Positions 61,701 through 64,000 of a DNA stretch of 64,000 nt are shown in pieces (position 1 is the first letter of the stretch; each line of letters starts with the position of its first letter). Where the stretch lies: contig JBBQFH010000004.1 of assembly GCA_038321865.1 (NCBI GenBank), forward strand, positions 32,001 to 96,000, in the 5' to 3' direction. The position numbers and the translations under genes were made by a program. The notes under the pieces are model-generated. The model saw only the letters and a list, made by a program, of their open reading frames with translations. It was not told the origin of the DNA and did no database searches. Source of the stretch: Gemmatimonadales bacterium. GTDB lineage: Bacteria > Gemmatimonadota > Gemmatimonadetes > Gemmatimonadales > GWC2-71-9.

Positions 61701-61906
61701 TCTTCAACCTCATGAGCCTGCTGGGCAGCGATTGGGGCACCTTTCGATCCACCAGCGGCTTCGAGACGACGAACCTGCTGCGGCTCTCAGGGTACGACGC
61801 CGCCAACAACCGCGGCATCTACGACCTGTCGCTGCCGCAGCGGAACCGCGCATCGACCAACGCGTCCCGCTGGAAGATGCAACTGGGGGCCAAGTACACG
61901 TTCTGA
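58745..61906 (+). CDS. TonB-dependent receptor (Oar-like)
   Basis: Signal peptide; NNIQIDG, DVRQGGFTGG.INAITKSGTNEFHGS, SPRLGFNWD; C-terminal QLGAKYTF. Confidence 0.93.
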   Translation: MPSWIRKVGLGIAALVLAAVTGQRAEAQGTTFSAVQGTITQAGAAARPLEGATVNVTNGSTGQRYSATSRSSGRYSVENVAVGGPYTIEVRAIGYQPVRQAGVTLILGQRLEASFALTPAVVQLSDVVVASQANPLINANKTGAEQSISSDVIASLPLLGRNFTDLVRTSPQVVGTSVSGQNNRFNNIQIDGGVNNDLFGLGSSGAPGGQVGASAISVEAIKEFQILIAPFDVRQGGFTGGLINAITKSGTNEFHGSAFGYLQSQQLVGHDTAGVVSGKFNTKQYGFTVSGPVIRDRMHFFVAADLQAKTTPWAGQQIGLDAAGGADSVGIGITQATAERVQTYLQGLGFDPGDWRAPNLRTPDNNVFAKLDFQLGTNSTLEVTNNYVKASDDKLTRNSTQTGNRDGYQLSLSGYAQKNKTNTTRAKWAAVFGQRFSNELLLSRSTIRDIRGLLNRIPLLLIGGDRPGGATNIAAGADRFSQGNQLDQDIYEITDNMTFDMGAHRLTFGTHNEFFKFYNVFTAGSYGIYSFTNVDSLIAQHPNRYEILYGTTARPEGAVANFHVKQYGFYAQDAWTPNDRFTLTLGLRADLPHVDKPNTNPGLLDTLAINTAITPSGKLWSPRLGFNWDATGKGEMIVRGGVGVFSGRPPYVWVSNAFVNTGLEQLDLVCSGAQVPAFTLDTALTPRACASGTGASPAASTINYFDPNFKYPQTLKVAMGVDRELPWNVVATVDFLHTRSLNQFFLQDVNLIERGVNNEGRKLYGAITPAGTVTPARFSSNYRQVIRHTNESGDFSTSITGQLQKRFSNGIAFNIGYTYSRTRDLMSLTSSIASSNLNFAPLAGDMDQRLRRISAFDRPHKVAISGSIAAPFQTRFALFYTGTSGSPYTYVVSGDANADGIASNDIAYIPRNASDITMTGTTPDDRAGRYATLDAYINGEACLRSNRGRIMERNTCRNPWESFVDARLGKVIPTVSGQALELTLDVFNLMSLLGSDWGTFRSTSGFETTNLLRLSGYDAANNRGIYDLSLPQRNRASTNASRWKMQLGAKYTF

Positions 61907-61941
61907 TGGGCGTCGGTCGTAGAGGCAGGCATTACATGCAG

Positions 61942-61971
61942 GCGGCCCTCCGGTAGTGACCGGAGGGCCGC
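61942..61971. terminator. Strong hairpin between convergent genes
   Basis: Perfect 13-bp stem GCGGCCCTCCGGT-agtg-ACCGGAGGGCCGC; weak U-tail. Confidence 0.6.
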
Positions 61972-61998
61972 TCTGCGCTCGGGCGCGCGGCGCGGGCG

Positions 61999-63090
61999 CT
62001 AGGTCCGCACCCGGTCGAGCAGAATCAGCGCGGCCAGCAGGAACAGCGCGTTGGGCAGCCAGGCCGCGACGACGGGGCTCACCACCCCGCCGGCCCCGAC
62101 CGCCTTGGCGATCTGGGTGAGCAGGAGAAAGACGATGGTCGTCGCCAGGCTGAGGGCGATGCCGGCGGCCGGGCCGGACCGGGGGCTGGTGACGGCCAGC
62201 GGCGCGCCGAACAGCGCCACGATGAAGCAGGTGACCGGAATCGCGAGCTTGAGCGCCCGCTCGACCTGCAGCTTGTTGGTGTCGTTGCCGGAGCGCCGAA
62301 GGGCTTCGATGTAGTGCCCCAGCTCGGCGTACCGCATCTCGTCCGGCGCCTTGGGCGGCGCCAGCAGCTCGGCCGGGCTCTGCGTCAGTGCCCGGAGCCG
62401 CATCGAGCGGTAGCGGAACGTCGCCTGGTGCTCGCCATCGGTCACGATGCGGCTGGCGCCGTTCCAGAGCTGCCAGGAGTCCAGGCTGTCCACGTAGCCG
62501 GCGCTATCGGCGGTGACGACGAGCGTGGGATACTGGGCCCCCTGGCCGGCCCGCTCCAGGATCACGTCCTTCAGCTGGTTGCGGGTGACGTCGAGCGCCC
62601 GGATGGCGTAGACCCATCCCGCGTCGCCCCGGTAGACGAAGTTGAAGCGGCCCGCGGTCGGATTCGACTCGCGGTCCCGCTGCAGCACCTTCTGCCGCGC
62701 GGTGGCCGTGACGGCGAGCTCCCCGATCAGCAGCGCCAGCACCGAGGCGACGGCACCGGCCCAGAAGAGCGGCTGCACCAGCCGGTGAAAGCTGCGTCCG
62801 CTCGCCTTTGCCGCCGTGAGCTCGGAATGGCGGCCCATCCCCCCGACGGTGAACACGGTCGCCACCAGCACGGCCGCCGGCATGACCTGTGAGATGTTTT
62901 CCGGCAGCGCGTACATGTAGCTGACCGCGATCTGCTTCACCGTCAGGCCGCGGTCGAGCAGCTTGTTCAGGTCGTCGATCATGGCGATCAGCACGGCAAC
63001 GAACGGAAAGCCCAGCGCCGTCAGCGCGAACAGCCGCAGCCAGGTGCCGAGCACGTAGCGGTCGAGAATCCGTGCGCCGGGCAGTCTCAC
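61999..63090 (-). CDS. lptG: LPS export permease (LptF/LptG family)
   Basis: ILDRYV, RHSELTAAKASG.S, KLAIP, AAWLPN; follows an LptF-like gene. Confidence 0.85.
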   Translation of the reverse strand: MRLPGARILDRYVLGTWLRLFALTALGFPFVAVLIAMIDDLNKLLDRGLTVKQIAVSYMYALPENISQVMPAAVLVATVFTVGGMGRHSELTAAKASGRSFHRLVQPLFWAGAVASVLALLIGELAVTATARQKVLQRDRESNPTAGRFNFVYRGDAGWVYAIRALDVTRNQLKDVILERAGQGAQYPTLVVTADSAGYVDSLDSWQLWNGASRIVTDGEHQATFRYRSMRLRALTQSPAELLAPPKAPDEMRYAELGHYIEALRRSGNDTNKLQVERALKLAIPVTCFIVALFGAPLAVTSPRSGPAAGIALSLATTIVFLLLTQIAKAVGAGGVVSPVVAAWLPNALFLLAALILLDRVRT

Positions 63091-64000
63091 CGGGAGTGCC
63101 GGAGCCGCCGGAGCCGGCCGCGCACCTGCTCGACGACCTCCTGCCAGTCACCGCCGCGGGTCGAACCCGTCTCCCGGTTGACCAGGATCAGGCCGACCAC
63201 GCCGGCAATGGTGAACAGGACGTTCGGTCCCCACATGGACAGCGCCGGCGACACGATTCCGCGGTCGGACAGCGCCTCGCCCGCCGTGAGGAAGACGTAG
63301 AACACGGCGAACACCCCGAACCCCCCGCCGACGACCAGGCCCATGCCGCCGCGCGGGAAGCGGAGGGCGAGCGTCACGCCCATCAGCACGAACGTGATGC
63401 AGGCGACGCTGATCGACCACTTCTTGTGGACCTCCACCAGATATCGGTCCGACCGCCGGTCGGCCTCCACCCGCCGGTCGCCCGCCGAGCTGATTTCCGA
63501 CCAGCTGGCGAGGGCGGCCGGGGTGGGCTGCACGACCGGCCTCTGGGGTCCCGGAGGTCCGGGAACCGCCTGCCGGGCACCGGGCGCCTGCGGCTGTGCT
63601 CCGGCCGGGTTGCCCACCGTCCCCCTTGCGCTGTCCCGGCGCATCAGCGGCAGCGTACAGTACCGGGGCAGCGGCTGCAGCAGGGCCGCCGGCGGCACGC
63701 TGGCGGGCGGCAGGCGGAGCAGGCTCCGGAGATCGCGGTTGAGCATCGTGGCGGCGTCGAGCTCGGCCTGCGCACGGTCACGGTCGGCGGTGCGGACCAC
63801 GCCGTACATCTCGCAGGTGCTCATCTCGCGGTCGCCGCGCGTGGCATTGGCGCTGTTGCGCTCGAGCTGGTCGAAGACGTTCTTGACGCGAATGCTGTTG
63901 GTCTGGAAATAGGTGAGCCGGAACTCCGCCGGGTCGGTGGACTTGAGCTCGTGCACCGCGCCATGGTAGAGCACCAGGCTCAGATCGGTTTGCCCGGGGG
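63087..64000 (-). CDS. lptF: LPS export permease (LptF/LptG family), 5' partial
   Basis: VEVHKKWSISVAC, GEALSDRG, MWGPN; the frame is open to the window end. Confidence 0.82.
   Translation of the reverse strand, partial: PGQTDLSLVLYHGAVHELKSTDPAEFRLTYFQTNSIRVKNVFDQLERNSANATRGDREMSTCEMYGVVRTADRDRAQAELDAATMLNRDLRSLLRLPPASVPPAALLQPLPRYCTLPLMRRDSARGTVGNPAGAQPQAPGARQAVPGPPGPQRPVVQPTPAALASWSEISSAGDRRVEADRRSDRYLVEVHKKWSISVACITFVLMGVTLALRFPRGGMGLVVGGGFGVFAVFYVFLTAGEALSDRGIVSPALSMWGPNVLFTIAGVVGLILVNRETGSTRGGDWQEVVEQVRGRLRRLRHSR

Overview
GC-rich, gene-dense bacterial window, probably Gemmatimonadota (FCB superphylum); this is inferred from gene content, not a database search. In order it holds: the 3' end of P5C dehydrogenase; a complete pqqABCDE operon, with the 24-aa PqqA missed by the ORF track; a TetR-TolC-EmrA-EmrB efflux operon with a palindromic operator; a TPR protein and M16 peptidase; small and accessory genes; DsbA-VKOR, kup and acs; a GEMM-I cyclic-dinucleotide riboswitch with the A20 signature of 3',3'-cGAMP sensors, upstream of STAS, a response regulator and ccmABCD; an operon led by an ECF sigma (1-nt frameshift) and zinc anti-sigma that encodes a ketosynthase/cyclase/methyltransferase/flavoprotein lipid-tailoring set; a cell-surface module (TonB-dependent receptor, 1335-aa protein with a T9SS-like C-terminal domain, PorV/PorQ-family barrel, GWxTD protein, Ig-repeat lipoprotein); an ABC exporter, a ctaA-ctaB fusion, an APC permease, a second TonB-dependent receptor and lptG/lptF. 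No rRNA, tRNA, CRISPR array or mobile element was seen. Best novelty candidates are the cell-surface module, the A20 riboswitch and the ketosynthase-cyclase cluster. All calls are by-eye motif recognition.
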